Below, piece by piece: positions 12,481 to 25,100 of a stretch of DNA of 64,000 nt. Location of the stretch: positions 2,294,001 through 2,358,000 of the forward strand of contig JAQGDQ010000001.1 of NCBI GenBank assembly GCA_030141605.1. Reading direction: 5' to 3'. The stretch is from Tubiluchus corallicola. Taxonomy: Eukaryota; Animalia; Priapulida. The position numbers and the translations under genes are program-made. Numbering within the stretch: the stretch's first letter is position 1; each line of letters begins with the position of its first letter. A model generated the notes under the pieces. It made no database searches, had not been told where the DNA came from, and saw only the letters and a program-made list of their open reading frames with translations.

Positions 12481-13976
12481 ATTTAAATCTTTAAAAAACA
12501 TAATAATGTAAAAGTATATTTAGGCAAAGCGTGTAATTCTTAGATTTTTGATATACTTTTCCTAGGTATTTTATTTTAGGGAATGTATGAAATATGTTTC
12601 AATGTGCTTGCACATTTGTGCGATAAAATTTGTCCATTAGCTTATTGACCTTTTTCGTGTTCGAGAATTAAAAATTCCTGTTCTGTTTTGGTAACGTTGA
12701 TTACTCAGGAGGCCATCGTAAAACATGCGATAACACCATGGATCTAGAATTGACGTCAAATGTATTGGTCTATTGCTCAGCCTCCCCTGTAACGTAAGCA
12801 CGCTTACGGGACAACAGCTCACGCTGGGCAACAACTGTCTCAACTAAACTAAACTAAGCTAAACAACATGACAGTCACAACTAATGTCTAATCAGCAGAT
12901 ACTGATTGCACTTTTTCATAAACACGGATTTGCAGAGCAGCAGTTATTTTTAAACGAAATTAACACTTCAAGTAGACAAAAAATGACTCGATTTAAACAG
13001 AATGTAGAGACGAAGTTTCAAATCACTACAAAATACAGAGACATAAGTATGAAAAGAAACTAAGCCAGTTAGCCTTGCTTTACACTAAAGGAGCAACAAA
13101 AATATTAACTCTTTCTTGACTTTGAACATAGGAACATCATTCATGCCTGCGATGTATTTTTTCTATATTAACTGATCATGTGCTCGTCTGCAAGATTTAT
13201 TCAGTTTTTGTATTTTTCCGTTTGTTAGGCTAAGGAAATGGAATAAATTTGATTGTTCCATTCCTTAGACTACCCTTATATTGAATGCCCGAGTTACATA
13301 AGTCCCAATGGCATCTTTTAACCATGATTATAACTAGAAAAACAGCGTAAAATAGCTAATACTGTACTTACGTTGATGTGTAATACAGGTTTTGACCATA
13401 TTTGAATTAAATTTGACTGTGAAGATCTCATTGACATAGACACAGACATAGACATAGACATTATTTTCTCCAAATGTGTCACAAATTTTCATTGAGGTTT
13501 ATAAAAACTGGCCAGAAAAGAAAACATTTTGTTTTGCTCTTATTTAAAGTTAATCGAATAGTTGTTTTTATCTAACTTGCAAAGCTGTAAACTACACTAA
13601 ACTGCGTATTTCCTTGAATGTAAAACGGTTTTATCAGCAACTCATAGACGTAAGCGTTGTGCATTTCTTCCTATAAACGAAACTAGACTATATATTTCCA
13701 CTAAATCACTTGCAATTTCAATTGACAATAATAAAATCTAGAACCGGGCCAATATTTCTCCCCCTAATTTATGAAAAGTTGAGCATTTTTCACAATAGTG
13801 TTAGACAGAGTTGTAGCTAAATGTCCCGAACGTTCCTGCGTTAATTAAGCTTTGCAGGTGTGAGAAATAACATGTACACTGATTGGTCCGCCAACGAAAA
13901 TGATTGACATTATGTTAGACGTCAGTTACCCGGTTGAGCTAATACTACGCTGCAACAATCGTGGCCAGGAGCCCTG

Positions 13977-15252
13977 TGTGATATGGGGCGCTTTCGTTAC
14001 GACACCACAAACACTTTTTTCCTACTAATTTCTGATACGTGCTGACACGTGGGTTCAGTGAACCTTTCCATTTAAGCATAGTTCACAGACATGTATTCCG
14101 AATAAAAGCAAACAAAACAGTTTTTAATATTACCGATAAATTCTTGGTTTAATGAGATAATAAGAACTAAAAACAATTCACTAATCCAAAACAACAACAA
14201 AGTTGTTATAATTACAAACGACGTTTCTAGATAACCTACGATAAACAGACGATTAGTTAGCCCCAACCCAGGTGAGGGAGAAGGATGTAAGGCAAATATA
14301 CTTATCAGTCGTAGTTAACTGCAGTCGGAAGTTGTCGGATTCCAACGTTTGACGTTCTCCACCACTCTGGAAGCTGGAATAACGTGACTAACCTGTTATG
14401 CGAACTTCGTGGAATCTTGAACAGTTACTTTTCCAAAGCTCGAGCAGGGGGTGGAATCTTACGTGGCCACTTCTACAATGCATGCCAGGTGTACCGGAGT
14501 CGTAAGTGGTTACTTCTCCAATCCTAGTGGAGTGCAGTGGAGTCCTGACCCGTGGAGCTCGTGGAACTACCATTGATACAACGTCTTGTCATCACCTGGT
14601 TGTTTCTGCACCAGATCTCGTGAATTTCCGTTTACAGCAGTACGTCCTATAACGAATAACAGCCAGTTTATTGGTGTTTTCGCCTCACGGCTCGAACACC
14701 TAACCCTTTGGTGTGTCAGTGCCCTTTAATCACTTTCTGTCGCCACAGTAATGAAGTCTTGATTTCGATTGTTAATAAATGTTCGTTGGAAGCCATATTC
14801 GACGACTTCACTGGCTTAGCACGTTCGACACACTGTGATGAACCTGGTTTCCATTTCTAGAACAGGTAAAACTGGATGACTTTGTCCTTTAACACGACGG
14901 TTTATTGGCTAGATAGCCTGTTCAGTTGAGCGTATGACCAATCACTTACTTTCTTGTAAAGGAGATCTAGGACAGGTATGAGGTGGAACCCTTCCCAGAG
15001 CTAACTAGGTGCATGCTCATATATGTACAGTCACAACTTACTTTATTGTAGTAGGTAAATTCGCTTAATGAGTAATTAACTAATAACTCATCAATTAACA
15101 CAAGCAATTAGCTAAATTAAGTTATTAATGCATACTTAATTAAGTATAGGACATACACAAAATCATACTAGAATGCAGTTCAACTATATTAGAAGGGGTT
15201 GCAATGCTGTTCGGTAGTTCTTATATTCCAGACTGACGTCACGTACGTCACA
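13977..15252. mobile_element. Solo LTR of an LTR retrotransposon (1276 bp)
   Basis: Termini TGTGA...TCACA, flanked by an exact 5-bp direct repeat CCCTG (13972-13976 and 15253-15257). CpG-richer than its surroundings; no internal gag/pol. Confidence 0.8.
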
Positions 15253-16284
15253 CCCTGCATCGAGACGTGTTTCCATTAAATGAAGCGACGCCCTAAAGAC
15301 TGGACTCTCTGGACTTACAAGACGTGCTCGTCGGTCCGAAAGGTTCAACCTAAGTCTATGCTCCCAAAACCCAAAATGTTATGACGATTTGACGAATGAT
15401 GGACTGCGAAGTATGTGAATTAATATTGCTACTAGCCGAGATGTTTCCCAACAAACAGTTAATCTTCCATTAATACCGCTAATTGAGGGAGTACGGTGCG
15501 TTGTGTCTGTCGATGGAAATAATCGCCTCCTACATTCTCTCTGTTTCTGTGTTAGCTAGAGATACTGACTAAGCTAGAGATACGACAAACACTTGTTCAT
15601 TTACATGTAAAATCGGATATTGACAGTTGATTATTAAATTAGGCATTATTTGTTATATGATTCTCCCAATTTTATCTCTTTGGGGTAAACCCGTATTTCG
15701 TTATTTTATGTGCAATTATGATTGAATATTATAATATTTTAGATAATGGTCCTGCCACAAGTTCTACTACTGACCATGAGTAGGATTTCTATTCATATGT
15801 TGGTACTAAAATGTTAAACCTTTAGACTTGCTACCATATTTGTGATCTTATTTCAACATTTGTTCCTGATATGCCTCGATACGCAACACAAGCGCAATAA
15901 AACCGAAACACTAAACCAATGAGTTAAAATATAAAAGCTCCCTGCTAAATAGCTTTAATGAAGAAAATATATTTTTCACATTGACAAGAATTGCAAAAGG
16001 TGTCATGATCTAAACTGGTAACATTTATAGAAATACTACAGATAGTGAAGAAAATGATTTTACTGAAGTTAAACATTTGCAGCCAAAGTATAGGTGAACG
16101 AGGCCACTTGACAGCAATTTCATAATGTTAACAAGTCTTAGTGCAAGGAAGTACAGGGGAGGCCACTTACCGAATCAGTCTCTCTCACTACACACTACTG
16201 TCTCTACTCTAACTGTCTACCAAATAAAACACAGAGAGCTTCCACACTAAATCTTCCAAGTAATGCTGTTTTCACGTTTTCACA

Positions 16285-16289
<5 letters not shown>

Positions 16290-16324
<35 letters not shown>

Positions 16325-16328
16325 CTCT
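16290..16328. repeat. (CT)n microsatellite
   Basis: About 19 CT units with one interruption. Confidence 0.9.
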
Positions 16329-16596
16329 GATTTTCCCACACCTGCTTGACATCACTGCCACACCTCCACTCTAAACATAACGGTCACGTGACCACTATCG
16401 ACAACCCAAACTTGACAAAATAGGGGGAGGGTGGTCCCACAAGCCTGACCACCCCCAGGTTCGTTACAACGTTTCTTTTCTGCCTCGTCGTGCTTCCTTT
16501 TTTAGTTTCGAAATGCTGGCGTTCCTTTGTGAGCAGTCGATACCAGTTGGAACGAATATTTTCAAATATTTTGATTCACTGAGCGAAATTCTAGAC

Positions 16597-17048
16597 ATGA
16601 GACTTTCTAGAAGAAAAATTTCATTTTGCTGTGGTGGTTAAAGAAAAAGGCAAGTAAGCGACAGCATCTTTTTTGGTTTCACCCAATTTTTGAAAACCAT
16701 GAATGGCAACAAGTTGTAATGGATGACGAAAAGTGCATAAGTTATTTTGATGCAACCTGCAATCTTCTGAATTTTACTTGTTCAGTGTTATAATAAGTAT
16801 TTCAACTGAACAGCGTCTTGCTGTCACGTTAAGGCAAACAAAGCCAACACCTAATTAATTGTACCTTAGCATGCAATTGTTATAATTTTGATAAGTATTA
16901 ATATACACGCACCGTATTATATGCAATTAATATTTAATTGTAATTATTGATGAGACTTGCAAAAAATAGATAGCGTACAGTGAATTCAGCATTGAGTACT
17001 AGACAAGCTTTCGTGAATTACTTTATTTCTCCTGTTGGTTCAGTATCT
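16597..17048 (+). pseudogene. Internally deleted PIF/Harbinger transposase (HARBI1-like, DDE_Tnp_4) relic
   Basis: ILLWWLKKKASKRQHLFWFHPIF (16623-16691), DDEKCISYF/xMQPAIF*ILL, ISTEQRLAVTLR (to about 16834) and the C-terminal RQAFVNYFISPVGSV resemble, in order, the WVHPI, FFNYFRM..F..LL, ISPEERLAVTLR and R..F..YF.SP.GSV motifs of Harbinger nucleases. The DDE core is missing. Confidence 0.7.
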
Positions 17049-17553
17049 GACAGCCCAGGCCAGATCTGGGCTAGCCTATGTACGACGCGTCCTATTTGGA
17101 CTAGCCCATGTACAACAATGTCCTACTCCGCTTCCGACAATATCCATCCTCTGGTTATTTATAATTCTGAGTTTCTATACATTGTTATAATAACGTATTT
17201 AATATTTTGTGTGGCAATATCATTGACTCGTTGTGCAAACTTGGACCTCAATTTACTGCTAAACCAACAGCTCAATTGCACACAAGCGTCTGTAGCAACG
17301 AGTAAGCAGACTGAAGTGGAGACGAAGCAGAGAACACGTTACGTCGTGTTATAAATGTGTTTTATGTAACCGATAGTATTGAGTGTCGTGTGAGCGATGT
17401 TATCATTATTGAAACCGTATAAGGAAAGCAGAACAACCTGATTACCTACAGTGTAAAAGTAAAACAGGCAATTCCAATTATCTAATGCCTGACGGCAAAT
17501 TAACGAAACAAAACCTTGCTTTGCTCAAGTATCATGTAATTTTGAATGTAGTT

Positions 17554-18010
17554 AAAATTGGCACAGGAAAAAAGGCGTGGTACCATCACCAAAATTAATA
17601 TTAAAAGGTAGATAAACCTTAAGTGGAATATTCGGGCGTTATTGATTATAAGTCTTATCTAATAAACAAATATTTTGTGAATCTTTTGCTAGTCTGTATA
17701 ATAACTGTTACTGTTAGTGTTAACACTGTTACACTACAGCCAGTAGGCCTACAGGTACATTTTTGAAAGTTTGCTTGTTTATCTTTGTGTTAAATTTTTT
17801 TAATCAAAAGAATCAGATGGATAAGTATCGGATTGTTCTGCTTCCTACTGGATGCACTGCACTTTTATTATAGAAATCAATTGCACTAAAATAACATATA
17901 TTATGTGCTATTTTTTCTGTGCCATCTTTACATACTTTTCCATTTGTGCCATTTTTTCTGTGCCATTTTTTCCTGTACCAGTTTTACCATGCCATTTTTA
18001 CCGTGCACCT
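17554..18010. mobile_element. Non-autonomous DNA transposon remnant with inverted subterminal repeats
   Basis: AAAATTGGCACAGGAAAAAAGGC (about 17554-17576) is a near reverse complement of GCCATTTTTTCCTGTACCAGTTTT (about 17962-17985); several tandem TGTGCCATTTTT motifs at 17905-18000. Confidence 0.5.
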
Positions 18011-19020
18011 GTAATATGTACTCTTTATGAACTGAACTGTACAAACATGCTTGGAAAAAGTGCAGCGTAGCAATATGTCTGTGACGTGCCCGAATTACCA
18101 TAGTCTCTTCCGTACCATTTGTGAGCTAGATCCTGGTTCAAATGCACTTTTCTAGTGTAATAAAATTATACTGCTTCATTTAGTAATACTATGTAATACA
18201 TTAGCCTAAGACTACATAATTATGTATAACTTGTGATAATTATAAAATTTTAGTTTTTGGTATATACAGCATACATTAGCAAATTGAACTTTAAAATTTT
18301 GCAATGCACCATTCCATGTAAATTATGCAACTTATTTAAATATTGGTAGAATAGCTTTTATAGCTTCATTCGTAATCATCAATATAAGCTGCTGTTTATA
18401 AAATATAAGGTGTGTTATAAAATACATGCTTTATATAAATTTATATGAAAGCATGCGTATTTCCGAGGACAATAAGAATTTTTTAATACTGAGCCTCTGA
18501 AATCTGGTGCTCCTGAAAGTCTGGCAAACTAGGCTACAGCCTAGTTAGCCTATTTGTAATTACGCCTCTAGCTTCTCCACAATCTCCTCTCCACACTTAA
18601 AATTGAATTTTTGTTGTATACATACTGTAATAGTCACAGGGGAGGGAATTAGGCTAATATATATGTATTATAGTGTATTCATTCTGCATTAATTCTTGAA
18701 GGCGGAAAGTTTCAATGTATTTTACTACATTATTATTTTCGCTAGACTTAAAATGGAAGAATTCTTCTAGAATTTGGCACCTTTCAGGCAACTGCCTAGT
18801 TTACCTAATGGTAGAGCCAGCACTGACTGCAGCCAGATATACTCAACAATATGATATTGGAGCATATGATACAATGTGCTATGAAATCAGAAATTTATAA
18901 TAACGTTATGTTTGGTCAAGAGAAGAGCCTTCAGTCCTACTAATACTACTTGTGATTTATTTACAAATACCATTCTGTGATGCAGCTAAATGATAAATTT
19001 AATTTTTCAAGTAGAGTTGA

Positions 19021-19170
19021 ATGGCTAGAAGTGTGCCATGGAAACGGACTTGTAGCTATACTATTAGTCGAGCACAGAGTGAAGCACTCAATGCAACACT
19101 GTACATTTTACGTGAAATCGGCCCAACCGGTTTTATACTAAAAGACGATTTTTCTGGAAATAATGTTAAG
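19021..19170 (+). CDS. ZSWIM2: ZSWIM2 coding exon 1 (MARSVPWKR...LREIGPTGFILKDD)
   Basis: ATG directly preceded by an in-frame TGA; donor gtaaaa. Confidence 0.9.
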
Positions 19171-22100
19171 GTAAAAGTTGTATATAATATGTTTAACTCG
19201 CAATGTCTAATGGGATGCTAGGTGCTTTCAATTCTTGATACTGATCCTGAATAATTGTCCCATCACTAAAAATATAATGACAACAACTTTTCCTTTTCTG
19301 TTAAAGATTAATAGGTTACTTTATTTTTGCCATATAGCTTCTTGTTATGTAAAAACAGTTTTCGAAGAATTCAGAAAGAATTGGTATATGTGCTCTTTCC
19401 TAGTTTTAACAACCCAAGTTTTGTACTATTTGTAAGTCTCCTTATACTACTTACACATTTTTTGCCTGTATTTTTTTGCCTATTCACTTTCATTTCTGAA
19501 CAAAGCTATGGTCTTGTCATGTAGTATTTACATTTTTTCCCTCATCAGTAAGTTAGTAATGATTATTAACTTATGTCAGGCATCGTAATTATAACTGTTT
19601 TTTCTAATTAACTGTAAGAGAAGTCATGTATACATGCTTAAATTACATACTTAATTTACTTGGTTCTTATGCGTAAATGGGTTAGTGTAGACAAACTAAA
19701 GTTGTTTTGATTTTTTCAGGTGTATTTAGGAGATCCTCACAACTGTAGTTGTGCTCTATTTTCTAGGCACAAAGAACTCTGCAAACACTTATGCTGGATA
19801 TTACTGAAGAAGTTCCGTGTTCCCATAGATAATCCAAGTAATATATTTAGGCCTAAATAGCTGCCATGATGTGTGAATTATGTTTATTACGTGTGCAAAT
19901 AGATTTCGAATTTAGTGCCTTAATTTATTTTTACTTTTTGCTAATTTGGAAACCATTAAAGAACAACAGCAGTGATTTTTAGACTGCAGCTCATTTTAAT
20001 CTGTATTGCTATAACCAAAAAAACTTGTCAAGAGCCAATTAATGTATGCTTTTTAGTTTTTATTATTCAGTTTGAGATTTATAAGCTGCTGCTGTGTGGA
20101 ATGCAACACTCGCTAGCAAGTTGTATAATCAGAAACTATCTCATTTTCATTCATTAAGGTGAAACTCTAAATTAGCAGAAGTCTTGCATCATGTGCCAAT
20201 ATGCTGCCATTGTCAAGAACTGTTGCAAAGATTTATTTCTTTAATTTTCTCAGCAAAACCACATTATATACAGAACAAGGAACAAGAAAGAAAGGGCACA
20301 ACATTCGAGCTATCACTATAGTTCTTTTTTAGGCGAACAAAAAATCAGACGAAAAAGGAAAATTCACAAGAAATTACGAAAACTTCTAAACTAATTTTTG
20401 TGAGTTTCTTTTGTTTACAGAATTAACATAAAAAGAATATCATTAAAAAGACACAACCACACAGACAAAACACAGGAGCACAGCAGATAAAAACACAAGG
20501 AAGAAAGAAAAATATAAAATTACTAGCCACAGTCACAGGACAGAGTACAACAGAAACTGTCACTATTCTAGTCAGTAAGAATTTACTGCATTATTTCCGA
20601 GAGAAATGCGGTTTCAAAGCCTATGTAGGTCTATTTTTCAAGATGCGGTTAAGATTATATCTTAAAAAGTAATAAAAATAGCACTACTAATTAAATAATA
20701 CCTCTGAAAACTTTGAAATTGACTTGAAAATAGTCAGCTTATCATAATTTAAACATTTGTATTATTAATAATGTTTGCTAATTAGTGCATTATTTTGCAG
20801 TATCATTTCAATTGGGACTTGTCGAAAGAGAAATTAATAATCTATTACAAGGCGTTATTGACCTCACGCGCCGTAAGAACTTAGCAGCTAAGAAAACTGG
20901 AAGTTCCATTGATGGTAGAGCTTTACTAGAGCAAAAGGAAATTTCACCTGATGATGCTTGTCCGATTTGTCAAGACAATCTATTGTCAAATCATCGCCCA
21001 GTAATCTATTGCAGGTATCGTAATAATGACATTTTGTTATTTGATTTTTTTATGCTAAATCGAATCTTAGTTACTATATCAGGTAGCGCTTATTAATCAG
21101 TAGATTTACAATTCTGTGGTATGCATTAGGTTTGGCTGTGGAAATAATATCCATATCAAATGCATGAAGATATGGGCAGATCATCAGAAGTCAACTGGAG
21201 AGTCTACTATTAGTTGTCCTCTATGTCGGAATGATTTTGGATCTATGCAGCTGCTGATTGATCAGTTGAGGTGCATGTTTATTTTTTTAGTGACTGTTTG
21301 TTTATGGCAGTACAAGATGCAAATTTGCATAGTGAGTTGTATTTTTGTAATTGTAACATATGCTATAATAACACTGCAGTTTGCAAAGCCAGATGATATT
21401 ATTTTGGCATGTGTAAGTTCTCTGAAGTGTGTTGGCTTGTGTCTACCAATATCTCTCTATTTTCTGACAGTAATTTAACAAAAACTGCTAAATTTGGAAC
21501 TAAAGATATCGTTTAAGCAGTTTCATGTTTATAAATAAAGGTAATAATAATAAAAGTATGTTCATTCTAATATTCGATTTAGTGTTGCATACATTTGATT
21601 TAGTCACTGGAACACTTTAGTAAGCTGGAATATGTTTTGCATTTTGCATTGCTAATTCATCTTTACTGTTATTGTATATCGCCGTGTTAAGCATCATATT
21701 TTCTGACAGTAATTTAACAAAAACTGCTAAATTTGGAACTAAAGATATCGTTTAAGCAGTTTCATGTTTATAAATAAAGGTAATAATAATAAAAGTATGT
21801 TCATTCTAATATTCGATTTAGTGTTGCATACATTTGATTTAGTCACTGGAACACTTTAGTAAGCTGGAATATGTTTTGCATTTTGCATTGCTAATTCATC
21901 TTTACTGTTATTGTATATCGCCGTGTTAAGCATCATATTCAATTACATGTTGTCATCCCATCTACTGACATTAGTATTATAACTAACATAACTCAGAGTA
22001 TTTTCACCTTTTTGCCAGAATTGTATACCATTCATCAATCAGTGCACTTATCATTTCACATTGAATTTATGCTGTTAATGCTGAATAAATGCAGTACTTT

Positions 22101-25100
22101 TGCTTTTACATAGAAACTCCAAAAACACTGATAGTCTTCAGCAACATTTTGGAACAACATGCCAGGGCTGCAACGTATCTCCAATAAATGGGAAATGTTA
22201 CAAGTAAGTTTATTTAGCACCAAACCTTAGTCTGCACTGTTCATTGATACATGTAGTGCTTTAAACATGAATGTTTAACAACTGCCCTGTTGTATATTGT
22301 TAGGCGATTGTTATAGCAAGACTCTCTATAGAACATTTTGGTCTCAAAAAAGTCTAATAATGATAATGTATTACTGTTTTCATCAAGTGTGTATTGTTTG
22401 CTCAAGTGCCAATGTATTTTTTTTTGTGGTGAGCATGTTTATCATTTTCTGATAAAAGATATACAGAGATACATATGCCATTAATTTATTGTAATTACTG
22501 TAATTTCAGGTGCCAGACTTGCAGAGGATACTACTTGTGTCATGAATGTTTTCCTTATTTGCACAAACAACATTCATTTAATTTCAAGCAGGTAGAGATA
22601 AATTAGTTTGTATTACTGCACTGCACAAAGGAGTCCAATAGAATTAATAATTTGTGAGTTGTCATTGGTTTTATTGTCATTGTTAATGTTGTTGTCATTG
22701 TTGTTGTCATTGTCATTGCCACCACATTGTTTGGTGTTGTCTTTGCCGTAGTTGTTGTCATGTTGTTAATGGTTGCTCTAGCCTCTGGTTCTTGTTGCTT
22801 TGGTTGTTGTTGCTGTTTTGTTTCTTTTCGTTCCTGGTGTTGTTGTTCGCCTCTTGCATTTATTTGCTCTTATAACATTTTCGTTTTGTAATACAATCAC
22901 GAAGACTAAAAGCAATCAAACTTTGTATGTGTCTCTATGCAGGGTAATAAAATGTGCTTATAAAGCTAGCTACATACTAGGAGATACAGATGCAGTTTTT
23001 TTTACAGCTGATCCATTTATTCGCTGTGACTTGTTTCTAGCATTCATTACGTCAAAAATTCAGTTAATATCAAAAATTGTCTTCTTGTAAGAACAGGTAA
23101 AAGTGAGCAAACCTTAAGTACACTATCATTTATTTTGCAATTTATACTTTGCAATAGTTTAGCAACCAAAGATGGCGATCAGCTGGAAATTGTAGCAGTG
23201 GTGCATTTCAACCAAGAGCTGTTATAGATGATCTAATGAACCGTGAGATAACTGAAGATGACTATGATTTACTTCTTCAACTGGACAAGTACGACACTTG
23301 AAAGAGTATTTTAATATCTGTAAATGTCACAATGTGATGCAATACTTTGGAAATAACGTTCATTATTCACTTTTTGTGGGGAGTGGATTCATTGCTAAAG
23401 ATTATATTAAATAGAATCTTTAAGTGTTCTTGTTTAAAATATGAAAAAAAGTTTCCAGAGTACTAAAATATACTGCATAAGAAATAGCAATCAGTAAATT
23501 CATACTTTTTTCAGTAGTGTATTGTAATGTGTGCAAATTTGGTTTATTCTAATTGCATGTATGCTGCACTGTATGTGCATCGTTTAGAGCTAATATTGAC
23601 ACAAAACCATATATTAAACAACATTGTTTCAAACAACAGGCAAAAACAGCTGAATGGTCACTGCATATATTTTTAGCATTTAAAGTTAAGCAGTACACAG
23701 GTTTGATTACTAATTGATTACGAATAAATGAACAGACAAATAGTTGAATAGACTGCACAAAATTTATTTCTGCATGAGCTGTACTGTTATAGCTGAAGGA
23801 TGTTTATGCGTCTAAAAATAGTAAACCACTTCTTGTGGTTCAGTGATTTATGTTAGAGGATTTATGCTTAGTATCAGAATTGGTTCTGGTCCTGTAACAA
23901 CCAACAACATAATAACTCTGGTCCTGCTCTTTATCACCGAACACCAACTTGCAGGCTGTCAAACTGTACAAAACGTGTTTACTTTATTTCAGTCGAGGAG
24001 AGGTAAATACATTGCCTCTGTCAGTAATAAACAGTCTTGAAGAAATGACTGTGAGTCATTACAGCAAGCTACTGCTTCCTGGCCAGCAGTGTCGAGTTTG
24101 TCTTCGTTGTTACCAAGAAGGCCAAATGGTCCGGAAACTGCCTTGTACTCATGTAGTAAGTTTACTACAGGCTACCATGTATTAAAATCTTTTACATAAT
24201 AGAAACAGATTAATTACTGTTTCTGCTGTCATAATTACTACTACTACTAGCTTATTTCTTTTACAGTTTCATAAGCCCTGCATTGACAGCTGGCTGCAGT
24301 TTGAAAGAGGTGCTTGTCCGGTAGATGGCATGGCCTTACATAGCTCGGTTCTGCCTGTTGTCAGTATTTCACGGTAAGTTTTATTTTCGCTTTATTTGTT
24401 TATGTGTTTTTCAAAGATAATTTTAACTTTAAAATGTAATTTACTTTACTGTACCTAAATCTTAAGAGCGCATTCAGATTAGCGAGTTTTTTGTAGCAAG
24501 TTCTCGCTTTGACAGCAAACTTGCTAGTGTGAACTGTTTTGCGAGTTACTGTTTTCAAGAAATCGCAAACTATCTGACAGTTGCTGTGAGTTGATTTACC
24601 GTTTTGAATGCCTCAGTGAGTTACTCTCGACAGTTCTCGCAACGAATAGAGAAGTAAGTGTAAACTCCTGCTTACTGTCGGAGAATATCTCGCAGAGTAT
24701 GCTCTCTAGTCTGAATATGCTTGCGAACTACTTAGCAAGTTTACTTGGCGAGAAAACTCGCCAGTTGGAATGTGCTGTTACTGTTAGAAAAAAATTTGAG
24801 ACCTGATCTACGTCTCCATTTGCCAACACAGCCTCCTCTAACAGTAATCAGTTGCGGCTCGTGTATAGGTACTGTGGAACTGCAGAACTGCCTATTTTCA
24901 CTATCAATATAATGTCTTTTTCCCTTAGTTCTTTCTTTACACTTGTACGGAACCAGAACACGTGAGTGTAGTAGGTAGTGTTTGCTTAACAGCCCAATGT
25001 TTGGCTGTTGAGCGCACACAGTCATGCACACATATCTGTTTATGTATAAACTTTCGTATGTTTGTTTGTTTAAAATTACAATTACAATGTTAAAATTACA

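Noticed and set aside
16126-16380. Solo LTR candidate around the (CT)n tract
   Set aside because: TG...CA ends can be drawn but no convincing target-site duplication is present.
16980-17354. 124-aa ORF as a standalone gene
   Set aside because: It is a chimera of a Harbinger transposase C-terminal remnant and adjacent repeat-like DNA, and starts at a non-ATG codon.
22800-23090. Hydrophobic 96-aa ORF resembling a membrane protein
   Set aside because: It arises from a GTT-rich low-complexity tract inside ZSWIM2 intron 6.
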